Assembly (NCBI GenBank): GCA_963668675.2
Contig: CAXXMB010000001.1
Location: forward strand, 32,001-96,000
Direction of reading: 5' to 3'
DNA length: 64,000 nucleotides
From: an uncultured Desulfatitalea sp.
GTDB lineage: Bacteria; Desulfobacterota; Desulfobacteria; Desulfobacterales; Desulfosarcinaceae
Under the pieces are notes generated by a model, which ran no database searches, was not told where the DNA came from, and saw nothing but the letters and a program-made list of their open reading frames with translations. The stretch's first letter is position 1; the number at the start of each line of letters is the position of its first letter. Positions 40,049-50,150 of this stretch are shown piece after piece. A program made the translations under genes and the position numbers.

Positions 40049-42037
40049 ATGACCCTGTTTGTTGATTTTTCTGTCATTTGTATTCTGATTATAGGAATCA
40101 GTCAGTTTCGCCAACCTCGGGGTGCCAGAATCGGCAACACGATGGCTGCCTTTGCGTTGCTGTGCGCTTTTGTACTGGTGTCGTACCGGCATGGTGTTGT
40201 CGATGTCGGAACTGTCATCATTGCACTTTTGGCGGGCACAATGATCGGTTACGCGGCGGCCAGAGCCGTCAATATGATCCAGATTCCGTCAATGGTGGCA
40301 TTTCAGCACGGCGCAGGTGGTGTGGCCGCCTTCCTGGTATCGTTTGTCGAACTGACTCGAGATGCCCATCGCCTCGATGTTGTGAGCGAAATGTCGGGTG
40401 TTCTGGGCTTGACCATTGGATCGTTGACGTTCAGCGCCAGCATTATTGCGAGCGCCAAGCTGGCTGACAAAATGAGGCAGACGCCTCACGTATTGCCGGC
40501 TCATCGCACCCTTGCATTGCTCGCTATTGCAGCGATTTTCGCTGTCGGCGCCGTATCTTTTTATGTGCCGAATGAGATCCTTGGGTATGTGTATCTCATT
40601 CAAATAGTGCTCTCGGCGATTTTAGGCATCTTGTTTGCGGTTCGCGTCGGCGGAGCCGACATGCCGGTGCTTATTTCATTCCTGAATGCGACAGCAGGCC
40701 TGGCTGCGGCGCTGTGCGGAATGGTGATCGGTAACCAATTGTTGATTGCATTCGGTGCAACGGTGGCAGCATCCGGATCAATTCTGACCCATGTTATGTG
40801 CAAGGCCATGAATCGCAATCTCCTTAGCGTATTTCTGCCACCTATCACGACTCAAAACGAGGCGACAAAAAGAGGGTCGAGTGGGATTGTTTCCACTGCT
40901 CAAACCAAATCAAAAGAGATATCAGCCGCGGAAACGGAAGATGCGTATGCAGCAGCCGCCGACATCATTAAACGGGCCCACAACATCATTATCATTCCAG
41001 GCTACGGCATGGCCTTGGCCAAAGCCCAACTCACGGTTGCGGCATTTGCCAAAGAGATGATTTCGATGAACAAAGAGGTAAAATACGCCATCCATCCGGT
41101 CGCGGGCAGAATGCCCGGCCATATGAATGTTTTGCTGGCCGAAGCGGGCGTCGATTACGATATGTTAGTGGAGATGGAAGATATCAACCCTGATTTTTCC
41201 GCCACCGACCTCGCCCTGATCATTGGCGCCTGTGACGTTGTCAACACGGCGGCCATCGATACCACAGGAACCCCCATCTCAGGGATGCCGATTCTTATGG
41301 CTCACAACGCCAAACATGTGATCTGTTGCAATTTAGACAGCAACCCAGGCTATTCAGGCATCGAGAATCCCTTATATGAGCGGGAAAATACTACAATGCT
41401 GCTGGGTGACGCGAAGCAAACCGTTCAGCAGCTTTTGGTATCCTTGAAGAGCGGCGAACCCCAAAAGGGAGCTACCACAACAGCCACCCACAACGCTGTC
41501 TCTGAAGCCGTAAAAACCCTGGCGCTGGCCAAGCAGGTCATTATCGTCCCAGGATACGGTATGGCATTGGCAAAGGCTCAGTTCAAAATCTTCCAGTTAG
41601 CCGAACTTCTTTTAAAAAACAGTGCAACTGTAAAATATGCGATTCATCCTGTGGCCGGAAGAATGCCGGGACACATGCATGTCATTTTGGCTGAAGCCGA
41701 AGTCGAATATGGTGACCTTCTTGAAATGGATGTGGCAAACCCTCTGTTTAAAAGTACCGATGTGGCGCTGGTTGTCGGCGCCTGCGACGTTGTAAATCCG
41801 GCGGCGATGCAAAGCGATGGAACACCGATATCCGGGATGCCGATCCTGACAGTGCATGACGCCGACAACATAATTGTTTGCAACCTCGATGAAAATCCAG
41901 GCTATTCTGGTGTCCCGAATCCTCTCTATGAAAACAGCAAGGCCATAATGCTGCTCGGTGATGCAAAGGCCTCCGCCGAGGTATTGATCGAATCATTCGC
42001 AACAATGATAGGCGTTGACAGAACATTGCCGCACTGA
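40049..42037 (+). CDS. pntB: NAD(P) transhydrogenase beta subunit with tandemly duplicated domain III
   Basis: Membrane part with GGADMPV, and two copies of PGYGMA...AIHPVAGRMPGHM...GMPIL...PGYSG..NPLY...LLGDAK. Confidence 0.95.
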   Translation: MTLFVDFSVICILIIGISQFRQPRGARIGNTMAAFALLCAFVLVSYRHGVVDVGTVIIALLAGTMIGYAAARAVNMIQIPSMVAFQHGAGGVAAFLVSFVELTRDAHRLDVVSEMSGVLGLTIGSLTFSASIIASAKLADKMRQTPHVLPAHRTLALLAIAAIFAVGAVSFYVPNEILGYVYLIQIVLSAILGILFAVRVGGADMPVLISFLNATAGLAAALCGMVIGNQLLIAFGATVAASGSILTHVMCKAMNRNLLSVFLPPITTQNEATKRGSSGIVSTAQTKSKEISAAETEDAYAAAADIIKRAHNIIIIPGYGMALAKAQLTVAAFAKEMISMNKEVKYAIHPVAGRMPGHMNVLLAEAGVDYDMLVEMEDINPDFSATDLALIIGACDVVNTAAIDTTGTPISGMPILMAHNAKHVICCNLDSNPGYSGIENPLYERENTTMLLGDAKQTVQQLLVSLKSGEPQKGATTTATHNAVSEAVKTLALAKQVIIVPGYGMALAKAQFKIFQLAELLLKNSATVKYAIHPVAGRMPGHMHVILAEAEVEYGDLLEMDVANPLFKSTDVALVVGACDVVNPAAMQSDGTPISGMPILTVHDADNIIVCNLDENPGYSGVPNPLYENSKAIMLLGDAKASAEVLIESFATMIGVDRTLPH

Positions 42038-42180
42038 GAGAATCAAACGACCTGAAAGAGCCCAAGACCCAAGACCTTAAGGGTATCGCAATTTTTCCGA
42101 TCAGCCGGCTGCGGATGACCGGGTAGAAATTCGAAGACGGTGCTCATTTTACTAAAATTGAAAAAGAGGAGCTGTAACTC

Positions 42181-42591
42181 ATGGAAAAAGCGATCTCGAA
42201 AGAAGTGCTGAACCCACCAGCCTGGAAAAAGCCTCGCGGTTACTCGAATCTTGTAAAAACCACTGGTGGAACGACGCTTTTTGCGGCAGGCCAGGGGGCT
42301 TTCGACGCCCAGGGGAAACTCATCGGAGACGGTGATATATGTCAGCAATATGAACAAATATTCAGTAACGTTCAAGAGGTTCTGGCGACTGGGGGAGCCG
42401 AAATGACCGACATCGTGAGGATGACGATATATTGTACCGACCGCGATGCTTTTTTTGCGAAAGGAAGGGAGTGTGGCCAGATTTTTAAAAAGTACTTCGG
42501 CGATTATTGTCCGGCCAGTACCTTCGTGGAGATAAACAAGCTTTTTGTCAACGGTATGTTGCTCGAAGTAGAGGTTACGGCGGTTATCTAA
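42181..42591 (+). CDS. RidA/YjgF family protein
   Basis: GYS, AGQ, PAST and LLEVE motifs. Confidence 0.88.
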   Translation: MEKAISKEVLNPPAWKKPRGYSNLVKTTGGTTLFAAGQGAFDAQGKLIGDGDICQQYEQIFSNVQEVLATGGAEMTDIVRMTIYCTDRDAFFAKGRECGQIFKKYFGDYCPASTFVEINKLFVNGMLLEVEVTAVI

Positions 42592-42592
42592 C

Positions 42593-42925
42593 GGCAACGT
42601 AGTGGGGATCATGGTGGAGCGCAGGCCGGCCTTTTGAACGACGATCCTCAGAGTTATCACTCCCAACGCAGGTCCTGCTATCGCGACGCATCTGAGAGAA
42701 AAAGGTCAGCCGGTCTCCGTATTCCAGGGTGAAGGCGTGCATGGACCGGGCAACGAGCTTTATATTGCCTGCCGACGTCGGGATCTTAAATGGATCCTGC
42801 CCGATGTTCAGTGTATTGATCCAAAACTGTTCTACGTCATCGAGCAGGCCCGGGATATGAGCAAAGTTTACCGGCCGATCTGCTCGCCCCTCGGTGGCCG
42901 GCGAGCCATCAACAACCGCAAATAG
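42593..42925 (+). pseudogene. 3' fragment of a DUF2179/YebE-like membrane protein gene
   Basis: GNVVGIMVERRPAF*TTILRVIT...LREKGQPVSVFQGEG..G...IDPKLFYVIE. In-frame TGA at 42635 and 5' half missing. Confidence 0.6.
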
Positions 42926-43004
42926 TTCAATCAACTGCAATCACCTATAGACCTTTTACGCGGCACAGAACCGAAAAGGGATCAATGGACAGGGGTTAAA
43001 TGCC

Positions 43005-44309
43005 TTGGGTGAAATAGAGATTAAATACGGTCTAGATGAACGGCCACCGCTTTTTGAAACCCTGATGTTCGGCCTTCAGTGGCTGGCGATCACCGTGGCT
43101 ACTGTCATCATTATTGGAAAAGTGGTGGCTGGATTGCACTTTGATGACTTTGCCAGCCAGCTGGTCTATATGCAGAAGCTTTTTTTCGTGATGGCGGTGT
43201 CCCTTTTCTGTCAAGTCCTTTGGGGGCATCGGCTGCCGTTGATCACGGGGCCGGCCACCGTTCTCTTGGTGGGCATCGTGGCTGGCGCCGGCAGTGAAAT
43301 CGGTACCGTATATACGACCATCGCAGCGGGCGGCGTTTTTCTGATGTTGTTGGGCGTCACCGGATTGTTTTCCATACTGACCCGCTTTTTTACCTCCCGG
43401 GTCGTGGCGACCATACTGATGTTGATTGCCCTTACCATTACCCCGACCATCTTGGCTCTGATTCTGGACGCCCCGTCGCCGGATATGGCCGTGAAGAACC
43501 TGGCTTTTGCCCTGGCCTTTTTGCTGGTAATGCTTGCGGCCGATCGGCTGCTCAAGGGGATTTGGAAATCGACCATGATCGTTTGGGCTATCCTTGCCGG
43601 CAGTCTGTTGTTCCTGGCCATCGTTCCTCCTGAGGTGTGGCGGGATCGGGGGCAGCTGGGGCTCATTTCCCACTTCTTCACCGATTTCACCACACAGTTG
43701 AGCTGGGACCCCGGTTTATTGATTTCGTTTTTGGTCTGTTTCATCGCTCTTGCCATCAATGACCTGGGGTCCATCCAGGCGGTCGGTAGGTTGGTCGGTT
43801 CGCCCGCAATCGATCGGCGGGTAACCGCCGGTATCACCGTCACCGGTTTGTCCAACATCCTGGCCGGCTTCTGCGGCGTCATCGGGCCGGTGAACTTCTC
43901 CCTGAGCACGGGAATCATTGCTGCAAATGGCAATGCCTCCCGCTTCACGCTGATTCCCACCAGCCTGGCCATGCTGGCAATCGCCTTTCTGCCCGGTGTG
44001 GTGGCTTTTGTCTGGAATGTGCCGGCCGTCGTGGTGGGGACGATTCTGCTGTACATCATGAGCGCGCAACTATCGGCCGGTTTAATGGTGGCCTTTGGCG
44101 CCGGAGGCTTTTCGTTCCAGGATGGCCTGGTCATCAGTATCCCGTCAATGGTCAGCATCATTATTTCTTATCTACCCGCAACGGTCAAATCCGCACTTCC
44201 GTCTTTGTTGATGCCGGTTGTGGGCAATGGTTTCGTGATGGGCGTGTTGACAGTTCTGATCCTGGAACACATCATTTACAAAACCAGAGTGTCGAAACGG
44301 CCTAAATAG
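43005..44309 (+). CDS. Nucleobase:cation symporter-2 (xanthine/uracil permease family)
   Basis: YGLDERPP, GLQW, GHRLPLI-x-GP and ASRF. Many TM helices. Confidence 0.88.
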   Translation: MGEIEIKYGLDERPPLFETLMFGLQWLAITVATVIIIGKVVAGLHFDDFASQLVYMQKLFFVMAVSLFCQVLWGHRLPLITGPATVLLVGIVAGAGSEIGTVYTTIAAGGVFLMLLGVTGLFSILTRFFTSRVVATILMLIALTITPTILALILDAPSPDMAVKNLAFALAFLLVMLAADRLLKGIWKSTMIVWAILAGSLLFLAIVPPEVWRDRGQLGLISHFFTDFTTQLSWDPGLLISFLVCFIALAINDLGSIQAVGRLVGSPAIDRRVTAGITVTGLSNILAGFCGVIGPVNFSLSTGIIAANGNASRFTLIPTSLAMLAIAFLPGVVAFVWNVPAVVVGTILLYIMSAQLSAGLMVAFGAGGFSFQDGLVISIPSMVSIIISYLPATVKSALPSLLMPVVGNGFVMGVLTVLILEHIIYKTRVSKRPK

Positions 44310-44350
44310 AAGAAAAGACAATACTCTTTTGCGTGACGAAATGGATTGAA

Positions 44351-45049
44351 ATGGAAAGTGAGCCACTAATCTCTGGCCTGGAAAATAGACAACATTTATT
44401 TAAAGGGCTATCTGGTGCTGATTCTGATGAGGTCGTCAATGCAGGCTTTCCCAGAATACTTCAACCAAAGAGCGTATTGTTTCGTCAGGGAGATCTTGCC
44501 ACCGCGTTCTTCATGGTCAATAAGGGGCGCCTGAAGCTTTCCATGATTAACGAGCAGGGCCGGGAGGTGATTTTCCGATATATTAGCGCTGGAGAGTTCA
44601 CCGCTGCCGTCGCCGTTCTGAAAGGTAAGAATTATCCTGTCACCGCTGTGTCTGTGGATGAATCAGAACTCATTGGTTGGGATAAACGGACGCTTTTTCG
44701 GTTGATGGCCAAATTTTCTCCTCTCGCCTTAAATATCCTCTATATCGTATTAGAGCGTCTTGATGATTTGCAAAACCGATACATGGAAATTTCAACCGAG
44801 CAGGTCAAGCAGCGCATTGCCCGAACACTGCTACGTTTGATGCAACGCGCCGGTTCTGAAACTTCCGAAGGCATACAGATCAACATCCCTCTCAGTCGTC
44901 AAAATATCGCCGATTATTCAGGTACGACGCTATATACAGTGAGCCGTACGCTGAGTATTTGGGAAAAGAAGGACTGGGTCCGGTCTGGTCGCGAGACGAT
45001 TGTTATTACCAACCCCCACGCTCTGGTCGAATTTTCCGAGACAGGCTGA
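44351..45049 (+). CDS. Crp/Fnr family regulator, NnrR-like
   Basis: cNMP-like domain (LFRQGD, GRLKL, YPVTA) and HTH LSRQNIADYSGTTLYTVSR, matching NnrR-type (TTLxTVSR) rather than ETxSR. Start is 44351 or 44333. Confidence 0.88.
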   Translation: MESEPLISGLENRQHLFKGLSGADSDEVVNAGFPRILQPKSVLFRQGDLATAFFMVNKGRLKLSMINEQGREVIFRYISAGEFTAAVAVLKGKNYPVTAVSVDESELIGWDKRTLFRLMAKFSPLALNILYIVLERLDDLQNRYMEISTEQVKQRIARTLLRLMQRAGSETSEGIQINIPLSRQNIADYSGTTLYTVSRTLSIWEKKDWVRSGRETIVITNPHALVEFSETG

Positions 45050-45120
45050 ACAGCGTCATTATCAACCGAACCCATCTTCTTCGACCCTGCCTACAGTCTC
45101 ATCTGCATCGCCGATCCTTG

Positions 45121-45136
45121 TTTGCGCCAGCGCAAA
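45121..45136. promoter_or_regulatory. NnrR-type box
   Basis: TTTGCG-CCAG-CGCAAA perfect palindrome upstream of the 45234 gene. Confidence 0.75.
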
Positions 45137-45233
45137 GACAGAATCGGAAAACATGGTTAATTGTAATAAAAGCACAATGCATAAATCGGGTTGTTGACGG
45201 CCCGCCGCCAGCGGTGCCAATAGCGGAAAAAGG

Positions 45234-45449
45234 ATGATGAAAAACAGTTTGTCGCCAAAAATGACCGTCAAAGAACTCTTGGATCGCCACCCAAAACTGC
45301 TGTTAACTTTCATGGACTTGGGCCTGCTTTGTGTGGGGTGTCCAACGGAGGCCTTTCACACGCTGTCGGATGTCGCCAGGGAGTACCATCTCGATCGTGA
45401 CGCGTTTCTGCGGCGCTTGGGTGAGGATACACACGGAGATGTGGCATGA
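45234..45449 (+). CDS. DUF1858 / hybrid-cluster-associated redox disulfide domain protein
   Basis: MTVKELLDRHP...GLLCVGCP...TL-x-DVAR-x-YH. Confidence 0.82.
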   Translation: MMKNSLSPKMTVKELLDRHPKLLLTFMDLGLLCVGCPTEAFHTLSDVAREYHLDRDAFLRRLGEDTHGDVA

Positions 45450-45595
45450 TGGATATTCAAACCAAACGTGTTTATACTCCATGTTTCAAGGAACCCGAAA
45501 TGAAGGGATGGCTCAATGAAAGCAGCAGTAGGTAAGCCATAATTGCAGATAGCCAAAAAAATACTAATATTGGTATTTTCATAAACCTAAATGCA

Positions 45596-45751
45596 GATGG
45601 CCCCGTAAAAAGTCACTCATACATCATGCCGGACTTGATCTGGCACCCAGAAGCCATTGAAAATAATGGATAGCGCTAAAGCTTCACTGCGTGCCCGGCT
45701 TTCGCCGGAATAACGGGAAAAAATACTTTTGGGACTTTTTACGAGCACATC
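45596..45751. repeat. MITE/REP-like element, copy 2
   Basis: GATGG..CGTAAAAAGTC...TCATGCCGGACTTGATC...TTCGCCGGAAT...TACTTTTGGGACTTTTTACGAGCACATC. Same family as 26906-27040. Confidence 0.8.
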
Positions 45752-45774
45752 AATGCCAATTGGGAGATAAATCG

Positions 45775-46062
45775 ATGCAAAAAGAAATTCAAAAAACACG
45801 ATTGAACGTATTTCTACAGGATGCAAGACCGTTGTCAGAGGATGAACAAGCCCGTTTGCCGCACGAAAAACGTGAGGCTGTAGCGGATAAATCAGGACTG
45901 TGGATCGAAGTGGCCTGTCCGGAAGGCTCATGTTCGACAGAGGGTGACAAGATCACTCTGCCGGCGGGTGGCATTGCGCCCGGGGAATCCAGGGGGTTCT
46001 GGTTGAGTTTGTTTTGTCCAGAAAATCAATGTGTTATAGAAGATAATGTGGCGTTGCCATAA
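45775..46062 (+). CDS. Hypothetical 95-aa protein with two CPxxxC motifs
   Basis: GGGAG RBS. Internal repeats GLWIEVACPEGSC and GFWLSLFCPENQC. Confidence 0.65.
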   Translation: MQKEIQKTRLNVFLQDARPLSEDEQARLPHEKREAVADKSGLWIEVACPEGSCSTEGDKITLPAGGIAPGESRGFWLSLFCPENQCVIEDNVALP

Positions 46063-46092
46063 GATAGTCAACCGCCTTGAGCGGATCGAATG

Positions 46093-46125
46093 GCCACGAC
46101 CTCCGGTAAAACCGGAGGTCGTGGC
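46093..46125. terminator. Perfect intergenic hairpin
   Basis: GCCACGACCTCCGGT-AAA-ACCGGAGGTCGTGGC. No U-tract. Confidence 0.5.
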
Positions 46126-46174
46126 GCCACCCATAAGATTTCGGCAGTTAACGATAAAGAAGAGAGGACCGATC

Positions 46175-46369
46175 ATGAGCAAGAAAGTCTATATCGAAAC
46201 GGAGGAGTGTATCGGTTGCGAGAGCTGCGTAGAGCTTTGTCCGGATGTGTTCGGGTTTGACGAGGAGGCCGAAAAGGCTTTCGTTATCTTGCCCGAGGGC
46301 GGTTCCGAGGAGTGTATCGACGAGGCGATTGAGACATGCCCTGTGGAATGTATTCACTGGGAAGAATAA
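46175..46369 (+). CDS. Single-cluster ferredoxin
   Basis: CIGCESC-x3-CP...CPVECI, acidic, 64 aa. Confidence 0.95.
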   Translation: MSKKVYIETEECIGCESCVELCPDVFGFDEEAEKAFVILPEGGSEECIDEAIETCPVECIHWEE

Positions 46370-46421
46370 CCATCTCTTTTTAATTACGTGGGTTTTTCCG
46401 GCAATAGGAAAGGATGAAAAA

Positions 46422-48692
46422 ATGCAAGAGCAAGCACACGCATTTTCAGAGCTTTCACCATGGTGGCGCCGCAGTGTGGCACTGGTTTTCATTGTCGGTA
46501 TGATCGGCTTGATTTTTATGTCGGTGCAGGCCTACCGCTACTCCCCTCCGATTCCGGGTAAGGTGGTTGATTCCGAGGGCGCCGTCGTCTTTGACGGGCA
46601 AACCATCGAAGCCGGTCAAGAGGTCTTCTTAAAATACGGCCTGATGCAGAACGGCTCGATTTGGGGCCATGGCTCCTATCTGGGGCCGGATTTTTCAGCC
46701 CAGTATCTGCATGAGCTTTCCCTCGATACCGGCCAGGAGATCGCACGGCTTGTATTCGGTGTGGAATTATCGGCCCTCGATGATGCGCAACGGGCACAAG
46801 TCGATGCCCGGGTTGCCTCTCTTCTGAAAAAAAATCGTTACGATCCTGCATCCAAACAGCTGATCTTTATCGATGCCGAGAAAGCCTCCTTCCAGAGACA
46901 ACTCCAAGTTTGGACCGATTATTTCAAGCACCCGATATTCAATTCCGGCCTTCCGGACAACTACATCAACGATCCTGAGGAAATTCGCCAGTTGACGGCT
47001 TTTTTTGCCTGGACTGCCTGGGCCAGTGTCGCCAACCGCCCGGGCAAATCCTATTCTTACACCAATAATTTCCCCTATGACCCCACGGTCGGCAATCTGG
47101 TGACCAGCGATGCCGTTCTTTGGAGTGCGTTGAGTGTCGTTATGCTGCTGGCCGGCCTCGCAGCTGTCCTGGTCGTTTTCGGCAAATTCGATTACCTGGG
47201 CTGGAAAGGCGGTCCGGAGGGTATTTATCCCCAGATGTTGGCTGGTGATGCCACCCCGGGACAGAAGGCCACGATCAAGTATTTTGTTATTGTGGCCCTG
47301 CTTTTCCTTACGCAGGTCATGATCGGTGGCGCCTTGGCCCACTATCGGGCGGACCCCGGCAATTTTTACGGCATCGATCTGGCGCAATATCTGCCCAGCA
47401 ATATTCTACGCACCTGGCACCTGCAGCTGGCTCTCTTCTGGATAGCGACCGCCTATGTGGCCGGTGGTCTGCTGCTGGCGTCCTCGTTAAGCCCAAAAGA
47501 GCCCCGTGGTCATGTCATGGGCGTCCACATGCTGTTCTGGGCCCTTGTCGTTTTGGTGGTCGGCAGCCTCTTTGGTGAACTGCTGGGGATTCATCAGGTC
47601 ATGGGCGAGGTTTGGGCCTGGTTCGGCCACCAGGGATGGGAGTTTCTGGAGCTGGGACGGTTCTGGCAAATTATTTTGGTGATCGGATTGAGCTTCTGGC
47701 TGGCGCTTCTTTACCGCGTCACGGCACCGGCCATGAAAGATCGGGAACGCAAGGAGATTACCGTGTTGTTCTTAGCGGGCGCGGCGGCTATCCCCTTCTT
47801 TTATCTGCCGGCCTTTTTTTTCAGCAGCACCTCCAATTTTACGGTGGTGGACACCTGGCGCTTCTGGATTATCCACCTGTGGGTGGAGGGCTTTTTCGAG
47901 CTTTTCGTCACCGTTCTGGTGGCCGTCACGTTCTATCAATTGGGAGTCGTCCGGCGTATCAATGTGGTGCGCGTCATCTACATGGATGCTATCCTTTTTC
48001 TATCGGGCGGCATCATCGGCACGGCCCATCACTGGTACTGGACCGGCCAGTCCAACTTCACGATGGCGCTGGCAGCCATGTTCTCGGCGCTCGAAGTGGT
48101 GCCGCTCACCCTGCTGACGCTGGATGCCTGGGACTTTGTCAAGCTCACCGGAACTGGAGATGCGGCCAAAGCACCGAAAAAGATCATACCGCACAAGTGG
48201 GCCTTCTATTTTTTAATGGCGGTCGGTTTCTGGAATTTTGTCGGTGCCGGCATATTCGGCTTCCTGATCAACATGCCGGTGGTCAGCTACTACGAGGCGG
48301 GTACGATATTGACTTTGAACCATGGGCATGCCGCCCTGCTGGGGGCATTTGGTATGCTGGCCATGGCGCTTTTGGTTCTTGGTCTGCGCCACGTGCTGAC
48401 AGACGAACAGTGGAGACGCCCGCAAAAATTCGTGAAGCTATCCTTCTGGGGAATGAACATTGGGTTGGCCCTGATGGTGATCACCAATTTGTTCCCGGAA
48501 GGCATTCTGCAAGTATGGGATGTTCTTGAAAATGGCTACTGGCATGCGCGCAGCCTTGAATTCATCGGATCCGATCGCATCAGGGCGCTGGAATGGGTCA
48601 GCATGCCGTCGCACGTGATCCTGATCGTATTGGGGGTTTTTCCCATGGTGATCGCTTCGGTATTGACATATCTGCGGATAAAGCGGGCCTGA
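46422..48692 (+). CDS. norB: Quinol-dependent nitric oxide reductase (qNor)
   Basis: GSIWGHGSY, SYTNNFP, RTWHLQ, HLWVEGFFE, GTAHHWYW, SALEVVPL and NHGH ligands. Confidence 0.95.
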   Translation: MQEQAHAFSELSPWWRRSVALVFIVGMIGLIFMSVQAYRYSPPIPGKVVDSEGAVVFDGQTIEAGQEVFLKYGLMQNGSIWGHGSYLGPDFSAQYLHELSLDTGQEIARLVFGVELSALDDAQRAQVDARVASLLKKNRYDPASKQLIFIDAEKASFQRQLQVWTDYFKHPIFNSGLPDNYINDPEEIRQLTAFFAWTAWASVANRPGKSYSYTNNFPYDPTVGNLVTSDAVLWSALSVVMLLAGLAAVLVVFGKFDYLGWKGGPEGIYPQMLAGDATPGQKATIKYFVIVALLFLTQVMIGGALAHYRADPGNFYGIDLAQYLPSNILRTWHLQLALFWIATAYVAGGLLLASSLSPKEPRGHVMGVHMLFWALVVLVVGSLFGELLGIHQVMGEVWAWFGHQGWEFLELGRFWQIILVIGLSFWLALLYRVTAPAMKDRERKEITVLFLAGAAAIPFFYLPAFFFSSTSNFTVVDTWRFWIIHLWVEGFFELFVTVLVAVTFYQLGVVRRINVVRVIYMDAILFLSGGIIGTAHHWYWTGQSNFTMALAAMFSALEVVPLTLLTLDAWDFVKLTGTGDAAKAPKKIIPHKWAFYFLMAVGFWNFVGAGIFGFLINMPVVSYYEAGTILTLNHGHAALLGAFGMLAMALLVLGLRHVLTDEQWRRPQKFVKLSFWGMNIGLALMVITNLFPEGILQVWDVLENGYWHARSLEFIGSDRIRALEWVSMPSHVILIVLGVFPMVIASVLTYLRIKRA

Positions 48693-48879
48693 TGGTGGCG
48701 ATGTTTTGATACCGAACCTTTGAAACGGATGCTGTTTGTTGCACCCAGGCCGCCCGGCTTGGCGCGGCTTGGTTGGCCCGGGCAGGGAGTGCACCGTGGG
48801 GCGCATGTTTGCCACTATGAACCGGGGGCTGACCTGCTGGGGAAAAACGATCCGTCAACATCGAAATGGAGAATTGCCC

Positions 48880-49485
48880 GTGAGCCCAAGTAACCTTCGA
48901 GAGTGTTCCCCCGTCGACATTTCCGATGCCGATGTGATGCAAGCCATGCAAGCCATGCAAGGATATATCGACATCACCCCAGCCGATTTCAGGGAGGTCT
49001 ACCGGGTGGCGTACGGCCTTGCACAAAACCGGATGATGCATGCCCTCAAAGCCGCCGATGTAATGGCGGCGCCGGTTCATGTGATTGGTGCAGACCAGGA
49101 CTTGATCGAAACTGCCACGCTACTGGCCGAAAAAGGTGTCTCGGGAGCCCCGGTGGTGGATCGACACGGTAAAGTAATCGGTGTGATTTCCGAAAAGGAT
49201 TTTTTAAGAAAAATGGGCGCCGGGCAAAATGGTTCGTTCATGCAGGTTATCGCTCACTGCCTGAAAAACAAGGGATGTGTGGCCACATCGATGGTCAACC
49301 GCACTGCGGGCGACATCATGACCGCGCCGGCCATCACGGCCACGGTCGACCTATCCATCGGCGACATCTCGACGTTGCTGATGGGAAAAAACATCAATCG
49401 GCTTCCGATCATCGGAGGCGAGGGCACACCCGTCGGTATCGTCACCCGCTCGGATCTGGTCAGCTCGTTTTGCATGCTTGGATAA
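48880..49485 (+). CDS. CBS-domain protein
   Basis: GYIDITPADF N-terminus and two CBS repeats (SGAPVVD, INRLPI, GIVTRSD). Confidence 0.88.
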   Translation: MSPSNLRECSPVDISDADVMQAMQAMQGYIDITPADFREVYRVAYGLAQNRMMHALKAADVMAAPVHVIGADQDLIETATLLAEKGVSGAPVVDRHGKVIGVISEKDFLRKMGAGQNGSFMQVIAHCLKNKGCVATSMVNRTAGDIMTAPAITATVDLSIGDISTLLMGKNINRLPIIGGEGTPVGIVTRSDLVSSFCMLG

Positions 49486-49498
49486 ACGGAAAAGACAG

Positions 49499-50035
49499 AT
49501 GAACTATTTCAGAAAAATGCGTGGCCACACCCTGAGTCCGCCCAGGGTCGGTTTCGTCGAAATCATCTGGTCCTGGGTCGGTAGTTTTGTTGGGATTGCC
49601 GTTGTGGGGTTGATTCATTTTAATCTATTGGACCAAACTGCATTGATCATGATCATTGGCTCGTTTGGCGCCTCGGCCGTGCTCGTTTACGGCGCCATCC
49701 GCAGCCCCCTGGCCCAGCCCAGAAACCTGATCGGCGGTCATATGCTCTCGGCCGTGATTGGAGTAGCGGCATTTCAATTTCTGGGCAGGCAACCATGGCT
49801 GGCCGCGGCAATGGCCGTTTCCACAGCCATCGCCTTGATGCACCTGACCAAAACGTTGCACCCGCCGGGCGGAGCCACAGCGTTAATCGCGGTGATTGGA
49901 GGCGACGGCGTGCACCAACTGGGTTATCTCTACGTGCTCATGCCCGCCGGGTTGGGTGCAATCGTCATGCTGGCGGTCGCCCTATTGATCAACAATATTT
50001 CCAGCAATAGACGCTACCCGGAATTTTGGTTTTAG
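49499..50035 (+). CDS. HPP family membrane protein
   Basis: GSFGASAVL, SPLAQPRN and LHPPGGA. Confidence 0.93.
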   Translation: MNYFRKMRGHTLSPPRVGFVEIIWSWVGSFVGIAVVGLIHFNLLDQTALIMIIGSFGASAVLVYGAIRSPLAQPRNLIGGHMLSAVIGVAAFQFLGRQPWLAAAMAVSTAIALMHLTKTLHPPGGATALIAVIGGDGVHQLGYLYVLMPAGLGAIVMLAVALLINNISSNRRYPEFWF

Positions 50036-50150
50036 TTTTCTCAACTCCGGGACGAGCAAAAGGAGACGATAATCATATGCCCCTGCTAATCTCCATGGCT
50101 GCCGTAATCGCCTGCGTGTCTGCCATCGGCCTGAATATCCGGAGCTGCCA

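Noticed and set aside
42635..42637. In-frame TGA as selenocysteine
   Set aside because: It lies in a 5'-truncated fragment at a position that looks like Gly (GGA>TGA), with no redox motif.
46422..48692. qNor as a nitric oxide dismutase (Nod)
   Set aside because: Active-site motifs are canonical qNor (HLWVEGFFE, GTAHHWYW, NHGH). The His-to-Asn type substitutions of Nod are absent.
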